From: Octopus sinensis
Taxonomy: Eukaryota
Reading direction: 5' to 3'
DNA: 64,000 bases
NCBI RefSeq assembly: GCF_006345805.1
Contig: NC_043006.1
Coordinates: 29,636,001-29,700,000 of the forward strand
The notes beneath the pieces are model-generated. The model saw only the letters and a program-made list of their open reading frames with translations. It had not been told where the DNA came from and ran no database searches. Of this stretch, positions 13,125 to 25,689 are shown in pieces. The translations under genes and the position numbers were made by a program. How positions within the stretch are numbered: position 1 is the first letter of the stretch; each line of letters starts with the position of its first letter.

Positions 13125-14469
13125 GATATATGCACAATAAAAACAGTATTTAACATGATTTAAGGCTCACTTAAGCTCTTGCCTTTCTCTCTTCTTCAAA
13201 ACTATTTTACAGGTGAAGTATCTTACTCCACTTCAACACACAAACTGTTTTCTCAACAACTGTGAAACCATTCAACCAACTTTGGATATTCAGAAACAAG
13301 TGAGATCATGTTTTGTTTTAGAAGTAATAAATAAAACAAAATTCATAAAAGGAAACAGGATATCCAAACTAAAATACTTATTAATTAGTTTGTATTTATA
13401 TTTGACTAACAATACTGAACATCTGAACGATTAACTGTTTGACCAAAGTGTTTAACATATAAGAGTTTGAAAAACTAGTAAAAAATGGCTGATTGATAAA
13501 TTGGTTAATAGAGTAACTAATCCATTCACTAACAATAACAATAAAAGACTGAACCAGTGAGTGCGTTTATTATTACCGGCATAATGCCTCTCCCAAGATT
13601 CAATAATCTCTTTCAATTAATCTCTTTACTTCCAGTCCACAACAAGATATCCATATACATTATCCATTTTAACAGAATATTGGACAAAACTTTGTGCTGA
13701 AGTCCTAACTTAGCAGCTTCAACTGCCAAGGTTTCCTTTCTATGGGTTTTTTTTTCTCTCTCTCTCTTTCCAGTTTGCTTTTTTCTTAATTTCACTCTAA
13801 ACTTGGGTCAGAGGGGAGGGGGCATGTGTATGCATATATAATATATATATATATAAACCTAATCATCTTTCTTAGATAAACTAAATATTTCTGCTGATAT
13901 ATTCTTTTGTCAAAATATTTTTGTTGGAGAATGCCTCCAATTCTTTCTCATTCGACCAGAAAATGGTAGCTTGACAAAGAAAAAGACTGAAGTTAATGTT
14001 TTTGCAGATCAAAAAGGAAAATTAGCTGTTAACCATAAATAGAGTTGAGGAGAATAGTAATGCGAGTTAGGGAAATATTTAATAGCCGTCAAACATAGAA
14101 ATAAATTTATTAGTTATGTTATGTTAATTAAATGCTGAGCAGAAGTTTTGCATACGCAAATTTTTGTTTAGAAATAATTTAAATTTACACAGCTAAAACT
14201 ATTCAAATTGAACATAAAATATATTTCGCAGAATGCATTTAATAAATACTCGCAAAACGAACTTGGCGACTTTGGTTGCTTTTTTCATGAAAATATAAAT
14301 TGTTTTTTGTTTACAAAAGAAAAGAAAAAAAAGATTTGAAATTAAAAACGAATATGGCCCAAGGGAAGTAACTTCGTAAAATGTGGTTATGACAGGTTAT
14401 TAGAAATAATTTTATTTGAATAATTGAAATGATGCAACAGAGAAGGAGACTTATTAATTATATGTCAAC

Positions 14470-14618
14470 TAGGCGTGACAGTATGGTAAAAAGGATTGAA
14501 CCCAACCACATGGTTCCAAGTTCAATCTCACTGCATGCCACATTGGGTAAATGTCTACCACCATAGCCTCGAGACTTGTGAATGGATTTGATAGATGGAA
14601 ATTGGAAGAAGCCCGTCG

Positions 14619-14687
<69 letters not shown>

Positions 14688-14691
14688 AATA

Positions 14692-14726
<35 letters not shown>

Positions 14727-14731
14727 GTGTG

Positions 14732-14778
<47 letters not shown>

Positions 14779-14970
14779 TATATGCGCGTGTGTTTGCTCC
14801 CACCACTTGACAACTTGTGTTCCTGCGTTTACGCCCCCGTAACTTAGCAGTTTGATAAAAGAAATTGATAGAATACCAGGCTTACAAAAATAAGTACTGA
14901 GCTCGAGTTATTCAGCAAAAAAGATTCTTGAAAGCTGTGCCCCAGCATGGCCGCAGTCAAATGACTGAGA
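14470..14970 (+). mobile_element. Family C tRNA-SINE (CORE-like; internal TA/TG microsatellite)
   Basis: aaccacatggttccaagttcaatc head, gccacattgggtaaatgtct (CORE-like), ggaaattggaagaagcccgtcgta and cccagcatggccgcagtcaaatgactga shared with other copies. Confidence 0.8.
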
Positions 14971-16604
14971 TCCCTCAACTCGAGATTTAATTACAGCAAC
15001 AACACTTAACTGTTGTCACTTATCCTAATTACAACAAAGTTATTTTAAATGGTCGACAGATTTCCTATTTTGCCGATTTCATGAAATGAGAAGATTTTGT
15101 GCCCAAAACTATTTAAAATGGTTTAAAAATATATATATATATATATATATTGTATGTGTGTGAATATAGAGAGAATGAAAGAGTGAAAGAGAGAGAGAGA
15201 GGGGGGGTTTCTGACGTTGTAGACAGACCGTGAATAAGTTTTCATAACAAGTTCTCTGACCATTTTAACAAAGATTAGCAGGTTTTAAATATTTATTCAA
15301 ATAAGGTTTGATATTATATTTTAACAAGGGTTGAAGGTTTAAAATAATTGTTTAGCTTAAAGTTAAATATTATTATATAAGTCAATAAATTTTAATCAGT
15401 GATTAAGGATTTCCTCATTTGTCCCCCTTGCATTACTAATCTTATAATTATATTTTTTCTTTATATGTAACACTTTTGTTGGTCAGCGTAGGAAGGGTCC
15501 GGTTATAAACATTGACAACATCACTGAGAAAATATATACTTTAAACAGGCATTCTGCATACGATAAGGTCTTTCAGATACAATACACGGAGTTGAAAACT
15601 GCAAGTAATTGAAATTATCCATGCAAGTTGAAGAAAAGGACACTGTCCTGGATATTTAAAATCCAATAAACAAGACAGATGATTCCAATAGAATTAGCCT
15701 GTCGATATTTTTAGAAAATCTAAAACAGGTTTTGTATTTAGAATGCAAAATATTCCATTCAAATATTTTCCCGCGGCCAAATTGTTGATATTCATAATAA
15801 ACATTTCTACATATCTTTACTCCTTAATGGTGACAGAGAGAGGGAGAGACCCTTTAATCTTAGCAACTTGGTAGTATGTCTCTATGAGGAGGTTCAATAA
15901 CACTGAAACACATCTGATACTTTTGGCCCATCAACTCCAAAGATCACACCCAATCCAACCTCTATCGTTCATTTTGTCCACAGAAATTTAACTAATCTTA
16001 TTGGAGTTATTTCCCTTGTTTGCTTTTTGTTTTTGTTGTCTTTCTACCTTCTATGTACAGATTTGCTACACTTTTGTGATGGGGAAATGTTGCAGAAAAA
16101 ACATATTTTGCATCTTTTGATATTTACTACACATTTGCAACAAAACCATGTTAGAATTTTGCAACAGATTGAGATTGTTGCAAAGATTTAACCTGTTGAA
16201 CAGTACTATCCAGTGTTACAGTTTGATTCTCTAATGGTTTGGCCTTTATAATGGTTGCACCCCTAAAAAGAACCACTTTAAGGATTTATTTTCTTTGGTT
16301 GTTAAAGATTTTAAAAACCGTATGATGTTTGCATCAAGATTTTGGAATCATGCAAAGAAAAGATGTCTGGAATACATTTCATTGGGTGTTTTAGTATAAA
16401 CTTCTTTTTGCCATTTTAAAAAATTATTAAAAGTTGTACAAACTCATATAATATTTCCTATATTAGACTCTATATGCAGCAACAAAAGCTCTTATTTGCT
16501 CTTATTTTAAGGTCTATATTTTTCACAATTAAAGTCAGGTCAAATAGTTAAAAGTGGACTCTTTTAATCCAGAACTTGAAATTTCTTATGATATCGGTTT
16601 CAAA

Positions 16605-16800
16605 TTTTGGCACAAGACCAGCAAGTCTGGAGAAGTAGATAAGTTGATTACATTGACCCCAGTGCACAACTAGTACTTATTTTGTAGACCCTGAAAGGAT
16701 GAAAAGCAAAGTTGACCTTGGTAGAATTTGAACTCAGAATGCAAAGACAGATGAAACATCATTGAGCATTTTACCCAGCCTGCTAACAATTCTGCCAGTC
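16605..16800 (-). mobile_element. Family A SINE copy
   Basis: ggcacaagacc...gaaaggatgaaaagcaaagttgacc...atttgaactcag. Confidence 0.85.
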
Positions 16801-17599
16801 CATCACATAAGGAAGAGTTTGTTGCATGGTTAAATTTGTCAGGTTTATTTAACTTGTCCATTTTGATTTAGATTTTGATGTTAATTCCAGACAATATCGT
16901 TTAACTGATTAAAAGAAATTATCAGCTGATATGATACCAGAAGAAAATGTAAATTGACTATTTCTTTAAATTTAAGCCACTCTTCTCACAAGACTACATT
17001 ATCCAATACTGACTTGTTTTTAAGATGGTAGAGTGTAATTTGGAGGAGACTTAGGTGCTATTTCATGAAGATCAAGTAAACACATACAGGCTCCCACGTT
17101 GGGCAACTCTTTGGAGGGATAGATCTTCAAATGGACTACCAAAATATCTGAGACTAAGTTGAACTAGAACCTCCAAAACAATGTGTTCTGTTGCCCAGAA
17201 TCATGAAACAACTGCAATAAATACAAACTCGTGACATGTGAAACTAGCAATTAGTCTGTTGGGTACCTGTACCTTACATCTCTACAGGTACTGAAAAAGA
17301 TCACTTTCAATAATTACCTTCTCCAACTTCCCTATTCCCACAAAGTTTACAGCTAAAAGATTCTCAACCTTTTCATGAGACAAATGCTAAGATTTTCTAC
17401 TGAATGCTGGTCAGTCTAATTACTAACATTCAAGCTCAGTCCATCATCATCATCATCATTATCTCTTGCATTAGATTATGAATCTGTACTGTGACAGTAA
17501 GAGGAAGTCATCTTCCTATCTCAACCCACTTTTCATTTAAAATATCCGTAAAACATTGCAGATGTTTACAGTCAAAACATTACTGAATTGGCAATAATA

Positions 17600-18300
17600 T
17601 CAAAGGATTTCAAGAGTGGCTGGCCTACTTGATCATTTGTCAACAGTATTCCAGAGACAGTAACTTAAACCCCTCAGCTATGTGTGAACTGTTTCCAGAA
17701 GCAATTGCTCAACCCTAGCTACACTTACTACCAATTGACTGATGGATAGGCCATGAAGGAATGACAAATCAATACATATGTAGCATCCATGGAGCTGCAG
17801 AAGTTGCCTGATAATTAAGTCTAACTGTACACATCTACCTTAGGGTCCCTCCTTCCAGATTTTCTGTAGGACTTTACTTCCTTAGCCTTTTTTAATGTTC
17901 AACAAATTACCCAACAAAGCACCTGGGGTTTACCATTATAGTGGGCATAGTTTGTGCAGAGCCAATCCCACCTGCTCATCCTTCAAACTTGTATTGGTTT
18001 GATGTAACAAGTGCCAGGGGCCCAGTAGTTGTCAGGATTTGTATGAAGTTAACTTCTCTTAGTTGAACAGCTAAAGAGCTGAAAGGCCTCAACTACCTTG
18101 GGTTCATTAGGGTGACTGTTTGTGACCTTCTTCCAGGGGCATGATTAACCCAAATCTAGGAGCCTGGCAGATATTATTACTCTGGGTCAGACTTGGGAAC
18201 AATAGTGCCTAAAAAGTAGTTCCACACTCCTCAAAACCCTTGAATTCCCAAACCAGGATCTCACTGCCAAATGCAGTTTCAAGTCAGACTCAGGATAAAT
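17600..18300 (+). mobile_element. Decayed LINE ORF1-like (zinc-knuckle) fragment
   Basis: Remnant GHSLCRANPTC...CNKCQGP resembling a CCHC gag-like ORF1; many stops. Confidence 0.3.
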
Positions 18301-18722
18301 TTCATAATCAACATTTAAATATAAGAAAATTTCAAAAGATATTTTTTCATAGAGATAAACATAACAAGGTTTAGGCATTAAAGAATTGCTACCAAAGAAA
18401 TAAAGTTGTTTACCAAATACTGACATCTGCATTTAGTAATCATGTTTGAATGTAAACAATATTTAGTTATATCCTTCTGCAACACATAGTGTAATTGTGT
18501 TCCTTCCATTTTAATATGTTAGTCTATTTCTTCTTCTTTATCTTCAAACCATCCATCTCTTCCATCTTCTTGAAATGTCTTAAAAACAGCACCACGACAT
18601 CCTTATGGACATTATCTATAGATTTTTATATCAATCACACACACACACACATATATATAAGATAATCATTATGAACTTACAGTTGCGTGTTTTCTTTTTT
18701 AGTTTTATTTTGTTACTAATGA

Positions 18723-18724
18723 CA

Positions 18725-18757
<33 letters not shown>

Positions 18758-18885
18758 GGTGGTGACAACAATGACGATGGCAAGGATGATGGTGGTGGTG
18801 GCGGTTGTGGTGGTGATGATGGTGATGGTGATGGCGGCGACGACGGCGATGAGGACGACGACGACAACAACAACAACAACATATT
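18723..18885. repeat. Compound trinucleotide tract (GAT/GGT/GAC/AAC)
   Basis: Read directly; explains three overlapping low-complexity ORFs. Confidence 0.95.
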
Positions 18886-19405
18886 TTAAAATTATGAGTT
18901 TTGCTGAAGTTTTATATTTTCCTGTGGTTATAGTTACTGCAAATTCATTTATTAATTCTTTTCATATCAGATTTAATGCTTAATGGCCACAACATCTTAA
19001 CATTAAGATTCCCCAACAGTTGCCTTATTCTACTTTGTATCCTGTTTTTACTTTTGATTGGATTTTAAGATTTGATTGTGAAAATAGAATTAAATCTCTT
19101 TAATAAATAAGTTCCAATTAACAGTTGTGAAAACTTCAAATAAATTATCGAATGATTTCTGTATATGTATTTCTAGCATGTATGCAGATATCATGACACT
19201 GGTTTAAATTCAGGAATAATACTTGATCCAGAACTGTTTTCTTCATATGCAGGTTGCTAATTTTTATGTGGACTGTTATTGTGAAAGTTTTAAAAATCTC
19301 TATTTCCATCTTAAAGGACAGAAAAATTGAATAGCAGTTTGTTAGGTAAGTAATAAAAAGTTAAAATGAGTTAATAAAATATGCATAAATAATGAAAATA
19401 CATAC

Positions 19406-19596
19406 CATCTGTGGAATTGTACACTTTTCCCAACTGAGCAAAAGTGTCTAAAGTAACCGGACGGTTGATGACTATGTGATCAGCAACTACAATCAAAGAG
19501 GAATTGGTGATATATGGCCCTAAAGACTCATAGAGGCTTACAAAGGCTTGATCATGGCTAAAACCTCCACACTTGAAGTCAAGACCAACTGAACAA
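19406..19596 (-). CDS. Exon: end of WSC domain plus start of a putative PKD/Ig-like domain (CSVGLDFKCGGFSHDQAFVSLYESLGPYITNSSLIVVADHIVINRPVTLDTFAQLGKVYNSTD)
   Basis: Acceptor ttttcttttctttacag|, donor GATG|gtatgt; 191 nt, phase 2->1. C..C.....CGG....SLY completes the WSC consensus. The PKD-like assignment of the rest is inference. Confidence 0.9.
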
Positions 19597-21787
19597 CTGT
19601 AAAGAAAAGAAAATATGTAAAATTTCTTCATGAAGAATATTTGATGTATGTGAAGATGAGAAGAAATCTATTTTATTTTTGGGAAGGTAAGGATATTAGA
19701 TTTAGAATCATTAACTGGTGGTGGTAGATTTTTGTCTTTGATTCCTGACAGCAGTAACAAACATTGATAAAGTCGGTGGAAATGTTACTACCTTTTCTCA
19801 ATAAACCTGTCTTCCATTATAATTATAATTATTGAATTTGTAGTTTGATTAATATTAAGTGTTACTTTAGAGAAACAGAAGACAACATATCTCAGGTGAT
19901 GTTCAGTACTTTCAGTTATATACCAGAAACCAGATCTAATAAACTTGTATTCTGTTAGAAAGCTGAAAGACTTTTCAATTGATTCATTAGTCTTAGTTCA
20001 TGATTCCTAAGACCTCCAATTAGAACTGATGTTATCTAGGGTTCCATTTCCCATACCCTAAATATCTTTTGCTCTTAGATTTTATACTTCCATACATTTC
20101 AATTCGTTTTTGCATAGGATTCCTGTCAGGCAACAGAGAACCACTGACAACTTGCTGGATTCAATTTGGCTTGTTTTAAAGACATTGGCAAACTGTTCAT
20201 TAACAACCAGTTATTCATTCATGCTGTCATTTAGACTATCATTAAGTAAACCAAATAAAACTAAGGCTAATCTTAACCCTACAGACAACATAGTGAATAT
20301 GTTTTCCTTTCACTTCTTTCTGAGAGAATTTTACAATACCAAAAAAAAACATTTCTAAGGAAAATGACTTGAGACCTTGTTGATGTTCTCAAGTCTTCCA
20401 CCTTTTTTTTTTTTTACATCTTTCTTTTATTTCTTGTTCTGAGTCCATATATTTCAGCAACATTCCCTCAAGTTTTTTCAAATACTTTCATCAGTCCAAT
20501 GAGTTGGCCCATTTTTTTCTTTTTATTCTTCAAAGAAATCCTGTTATTTGTCTTGAAGTAATTTGTAGCTAATGACTGCTGCCACTATTTCTTGATCACT
20601 ATTTATGGGGTTAGGTTCATTGAAGCAAGTTAATTATTGTTTTTTTTTTTTTGCCCTGTTAAGACCTTTCACAAGTGATAGGGCACATACACACCTCATA
20701 GCCACAGAGAAAATTCAACTGGTTCACCCCTCTTCTATAGTGCCATACAAATATTATTAAACATTAGATTTCATTTTGTGTTTTTCAGAAATTAGATGGA
20801 TAATGGTGGTACCATTTGAATATTTTAGAACTTGGTTAAAATACTGGTTACATCCATGGGGTTTGAACTCTGGACATTTATAGCCATTAGTTAACTACAG
20901 TTACCATTCAACCACCACATTTAGTATTTCGTTTCAAAAAGCACAACACTTTTAAAACATCACAGCCACATTCTAAGTTGATCAAATAACAGCCTAAAAG
21001 ACAGTTACTGACATTTAATGTTACTCTGGTTTCTTTACATTTATTAAAAACAAAACTTTAAGTTTCGGCACAATAAGGAACATCAAAACACACAGTTTTA
21101 TCAAAGGCAGATGTTAAAGCCATTCTGAAAGGAATTAAAAGTTGACATAGAGCTAAATTCAAGATGCAGCTTATTATTGTTGAATTAAATCTCCCCAACC
21201 TTTTATAATATATGCCTGCATTGGTTCAAGAATAAATATGTTCACCATTAAATTACTGCAAACAACCAAGTGTTGCTTTAATCTAATCTGCATCTAATTA
21301 ACAATCTAATTAGATATTTTTATGATGTAATTCAGAACATATTTTGATTTGGGAACCCAGGAAAGAGAAATGGCTTAGAATTCTAGCTGGTTCAACAAGA
21401 GGTAAGACGATTAGCTTCAATATACTTCGCCTTGTTTTAGGAGAGGATATTTCAACTAAAGATTCTTTTTTTTTTTTTTGCAATTACGTAAAGGGGCCAC
21501 ATTTTAATTAAATACAATAAAATGGTTTAACAAAGATGACGTGATGTGGATAGGCTTTCAGTAGAAATTGATTTTAATGCTCAAGATTAGATTAAACATG
21601 AAATTTTAGAAATATTTTTATTGCAGTTTTGAATATTACTGAACAATCCTCCTCCTCCTCCTCCTCCTCCTCCTCTGCCGCCGCCACCAGCAAATCACAT
21701 CTCGTCATATTTCAGTCTGCTCCAATAACACACTCAAAATAATTATCTCATGATAATTAAATGTGAAGGATGTAGTTAAACTCCATT

Positions 21788-22133
21788 TGTTTGGAGGCTG
21801 AGTGTGTTTGGAAGCTGAGTGTGTTTGGAGGTTGAATGTGTTTGGAGGCTGGGTGTATTTGGAGGCTGAGCCTGTTTGGAGGCTGAGCATGTTTGAAGGC
21901 TGTGGGTGTTTGGAGGTTGAGTGTAGTTGGAGGCCGAGTGTGTTTGGAGGCTGAGTATGTTTGGGGATTGAGCCTGTTTGGAGGTTGAGTGTATTTGGAA
22001 GCTGAGTGTGGTTGGAGGCTGAGCGTGTTTGAAGGCTGAACCTATTTGGAAGCTGAGTCTCTTTGGACGCTGATCCTTTTTAGAGGTAGAGTGTGTCTGG
22101 AGGCTGACTGTGTTTGGAGGTCGAATCTGTTTG
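21788..22133. repeat. 17-bp minisatellite, 20 units (consensus TGTTTGGAGGCTGAGTG)
   Basis: Units stay in register from 21788 to 22127 (20 x 17) with substitutions only. Confidence 0.97.
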
Positions 22134-22201
22134 TATAAGGCATTTATTATTGATGCAGCAGATTTAAAATTTAAATATTAAGAAAAAACATGACACTTTA
22201 C

Positions 22202-22297
22202 CTTTCGTCACAAGCCGATAATTGTTCTTCTGATAAATTGATGGTAGAATTTGTACATAGACATTTGCTGGAATTTGACATTCCGGCGAGAGTATAT
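22202..22297 (-). CDS. Exon: middle of WSC domain (YTLAGMSNSSKCLCTNSTINLSEEQLSACDES)
   Basis: Acceptor tttttcatttatag|, donor AAAG|gtaaag; 96 nt, phase 2->2. The GY-x-xAG..C-x-C pattern is WSC-like. The correct frame differs from the ORF-track 22164..22613 frame. Confidence 0.9.
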
Positions 22298-22538
22298 CTA
22301 TAAATGAAAAATTTTGAAAAATAAAAATAAACTGCAATATAATTAGGCATATAATAAATGGCATCATATTTAAGGTTTCATAAAATAAAGAAATAGTCTT
22401 TAATAACATGTCAGCTCTTAAACAAACAGTCACATGTAAATTCTTTAACTTAAGTAGCACTTGTTTGATAACCAAGGAAGAATTGCAAAACAACGCAGAG
22501 GTAGACAGGCAAACAAGATAGATGTTATCTCTCTCTAC

Positions 22539-22582
<44 letters not shown>

Positions 22583-22959
22583 GGGGTGAGAGACTCTGTA
22601 TGTGTGTGTCCAATCCACTGAATCCTGTTTAACCATCCAACCCATGCCAGCATGTAAAGCAGATGTAAAAATGATAATGGTGACAATGATATTATATATT
22701 AGGGTTTTTCTTCTTTTTTTTTCTCCCGTTTTTTTTTTCTTTTCTTTTCAAGAGAAATATAATGTCCAGTATGTTGGTGCCATCAACTTCTCTTTCAAGC
22801 ATCATTAGTTGTGAACTTATGCTTTTGTTTTTTCGCATTTTGTTCTTCACCATACAAACATCTATCTATGCACATGAAGCCAGAATGCTCTGCTGGATGG
22901 GTAATGTCAGTGTGCATGCATGAGCAAGTGTAAATGATTTAAGAAGAAAACTGGGTATA

Positions 22960-23400
22960 AGAGGTATCAGATGTTGTGTGCAAGAGAGAAGACTGTGCTG
23001 GTTGGGTCCTGTGATGCATATGGATGAAGACAGCTCTAATTGCAGAGGGTATCTGGGAAAAGGCTAGACCCAGGAAGACGTGGGATAAAGTGGTGGGCTG
23101 GATCTTCAGAGGCTGGATCTCACTCAGGAAATGACAAGGGATTGGGAGATGTGGCGATTTGCTGTTTCTGAAAAGATATGCCAAGCTAAGTAAAATCACT
23201 ATCTTCCATCCATAGAGGATTGTTTTTTCAGGTGCCACATCAAAAGTACCCATGCACCCATGCTGGCACTGTGTAAAGTCACCGGTGACACATAAAGAGC
23301 ACCCAGCACACTCTGTTAAGTGATATTTTATTTTAATGATCCCATAGCAATGTAAAGCAAAGTTGAAGATGGCAGGATTTGAACTCAGAACATGAGTCAA
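22960..23400 (+). mobile_element. RTE ORF2 C-terminus plus family B 3' UTR piece, followed by a family A fragment
   Basis: ggctagacccaggaagacgtggga (GRPRKTW); matches 44760, 47330 and 58620. Confidence 0.7.
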
Positions 23401-23699
23401 AACAAATATTGAAATATATTTTTTTCTCATGTGTCACTGCTGTCGCAGTGGCTGCAGCAATCTCTTTATAACTGGACACAAGATCTTGAAGGGATTCAAT
23501 AAAAGACGATGTTAAGCTGAAGCGGGAACTGACAAGTGTGGGTGGAGGGTGGGGCCATTTCTATAAAGACAAGGGAACAATGAAAGACTATACAATTAAA
23601 GTGAGGACAAGTTGATAATTTATAAAAACGCAAATAATTACATTGGAATAAATTAAAAAGATAAAACAAGATAAATTAATTAAAATAAGATGTAATTTA

Positions 23700-24200
23700 G
23701 AATGCAGGCTAAAACAGAAACCCATTCTGAGTGAGAAACAATTGGTTAGATCAAGTCAGAACGCATCAAGTCATTGTCTGTTATTGCTTATCCAGCATCT
23801 CCCGTCTCTTAAAAAGTACCTGTAACACATTTCCTGACTCTGTTGTAATTACAAACAATCCAGGTTCTTACCATTCACCTGTTTTTCTCTACTGTAGTAT
23901 CTGTCTATTATTTTTACCAACATCCTGTCTTTTGAGTGTCCCCTACATTCCAAACCCAGTTGCTTCCCAGTCCTCAACAGATTTCTGTAATATTTCTTGC
24001 ACCACAAACATGGGCTGATCCTGCCTGGTTCAAAGGCCAAGAAATTTTAATCCTCTTTTTGTTTGTCGTTCTGACCATGACCATCTTCCTTGTCGCTTTT
24101 TGCTCTTTCCCATTTGGGTTCCCTCTTCTTTTTGGAGTCCCCTTCTCATTTTCCTCTTTGTATTCCCATAATCATTATCTCCCTCTCATCACAACAATAG
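23700..24200 (-). mobile_element. Decayed Gypsy pol fragment
   Basis: Minus-strand remnant PIVSHSEWVSV, like the Gypsy RT I.PV..SEWA.P motif; many stops. Confidence 0.35.
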
Positions 24201-24669
24201 AGTGATGGCATGTATGTGTAAGTGTGTGTTTTTGACCCTCACCAACACTTGATGACCAATGTTGGTTTATTTATGTCCCTGTAACTTAATGGTTTGGCAA
24301 GACAGACTAATAGAATAAGTACCAGCCTTCAAAAAAAAAAAAAAAAGTTCTGGGGTCAATTTATTTGATTAAAATTCAGTGATGCTATCTTTTGGGGGGG
24401 TTTTTTATGTTGTTTGTGCAAATGTTTTTGTTTGCTGAGAGAGTGCATGTCTGGTCAACATTTTGTATTGAATGTCAGCTAAAAAAGAAGATATTTTTAC
24501 AAAATGTCATTTTTACAGTAAAAAGTTATAAATGACAACCTTCGTCTCCTTGAGTAATAATTCCACACAACAAGACACCAGAATACAGTTTTTTGCAAAA
24601 TATCAAAATGTAATCCAAACACCAGAGCCTAAATAAAGACATCTTGCAAAGAAGGCAAGAAACAAGAGA

Positions 24670-24870
24670 ATAATGATTTCAAATTTTGACACAAGGCCAG
24701 CACATTCAGGGTGGTCGCTAGCCAAGTACATTGACTCCAGTACATGACTGGTATTTATTTCATCAACTCTGAAATTATGAAAGGCAAGGTAAAACTCATC
24801 AGAATTTGAACTCAGAACACAAAGACAGATGAAATACCACCAGGCATTTTGTCTGGCATGTTAACAATTA
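24670..24870 (-). mobile_element. Family A SINE copy
   Basis: Same core and B-box-like segment as other copies. Confidence 0.8.
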
Positions 24871-25105
24871 ATTTTATCAGCTCAATGCCTAAAGAAAGAA
24901 AAAAAGAAAAATAATAGAAATAATAATGGTTTCTAAGACAGGCTTAAGACCAGAAACACAATGGGAGTGGATTTGTCAGATAAATCTCAGCCAATATTTG
25001 ACTTGTGCTATCTTGAGAGGATGAAAGGTACAGATGAACTTAACAGTGTTATTTAGATCAAGAATACAGGTGAGGATGATGATGATAACAATAGAAGGAA
25101 AACAA

Positions 25106-25142
<37 letters not shown>

Positions 25143-25144
<2 letters not shown>

Positions 25145-25411
25145 GTGACAATTAGTTGGTTGTCATAATAAAACTCAGAGTTTCAGATACCAGGGTTGAA
25201 GTCTGCTCTGGCATCTCATCAGATATTAAGACAAAACGCTATGAAAAAAAAAACGTTGAATAAAGGGAAATTACTCCAATAGGCATGGTGAAAGTAATTT
25301 GCTACGTTTTTGGACCCCACAAGAAGTAAAAAAAGATGAGATGCTGAGCAGACTTCAACCCCGGTATCTGAAACTCTGAGTTTTATTATGACAACCAACT
25401 AATTGTCACAT
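25143..25411. mobile_element. Foldback/MITE with ~77-bp near-perfect terminal inverted repeats
   Basis: atgtgacaattagttggttgtcataataaaactcagagtttcagatacc..gcatctcatc is mirrored at the right end with about 2-3 differences. Confidence 0.9.
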
Positions 25412-25689
25412 GAACTGCTAAAAATGGCAGCCAAGTCTCCTTCAAATGAAACCCTATCAAATAATAGATATGCTGAACAATGTAATCTCTGAAAGACACA
25501 CAGACAGATTGGTCATATGTGGAATATTCAATCAGAACTGATCTAATAGTCTGAAATGTAAACGGCAGAGAATTATGGAGGAAATTTAGTGAAAAGGTAG
25601 AGTTTATGAATAGGTACATCCATACAGCTGGGGATAGATAGACTTAGCCTGAATAAGAGATAGGATAGGTGTGGATGAGATATCTTTAA

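Noticed and set aside
18187-18432. 81-aa minus ORF as the missing PKD exon
   Set aside because: No phase-1 acceptor, no WDFGDG-like motif; overlaps decayed LINE-like sequence.
18605-18983. Poly-D/G, poly-P/S and poly-M/V ORFs
   Set aside because: Trinucleotide tract open in several frames on both strands; no splice support.
22164-22613. 149-aa ORF as given
   Set aside because: The real exon inside it is read in a different frame; the rest is intron.
25420-25552. Minus-strand exon candidate TIRSVLIEYSTYDQSVCVSF..IG as the first half of the WSC domain
   Set aside because: Weak donor, lacks the C-x3-C motif; 37679-37553 fits far better.
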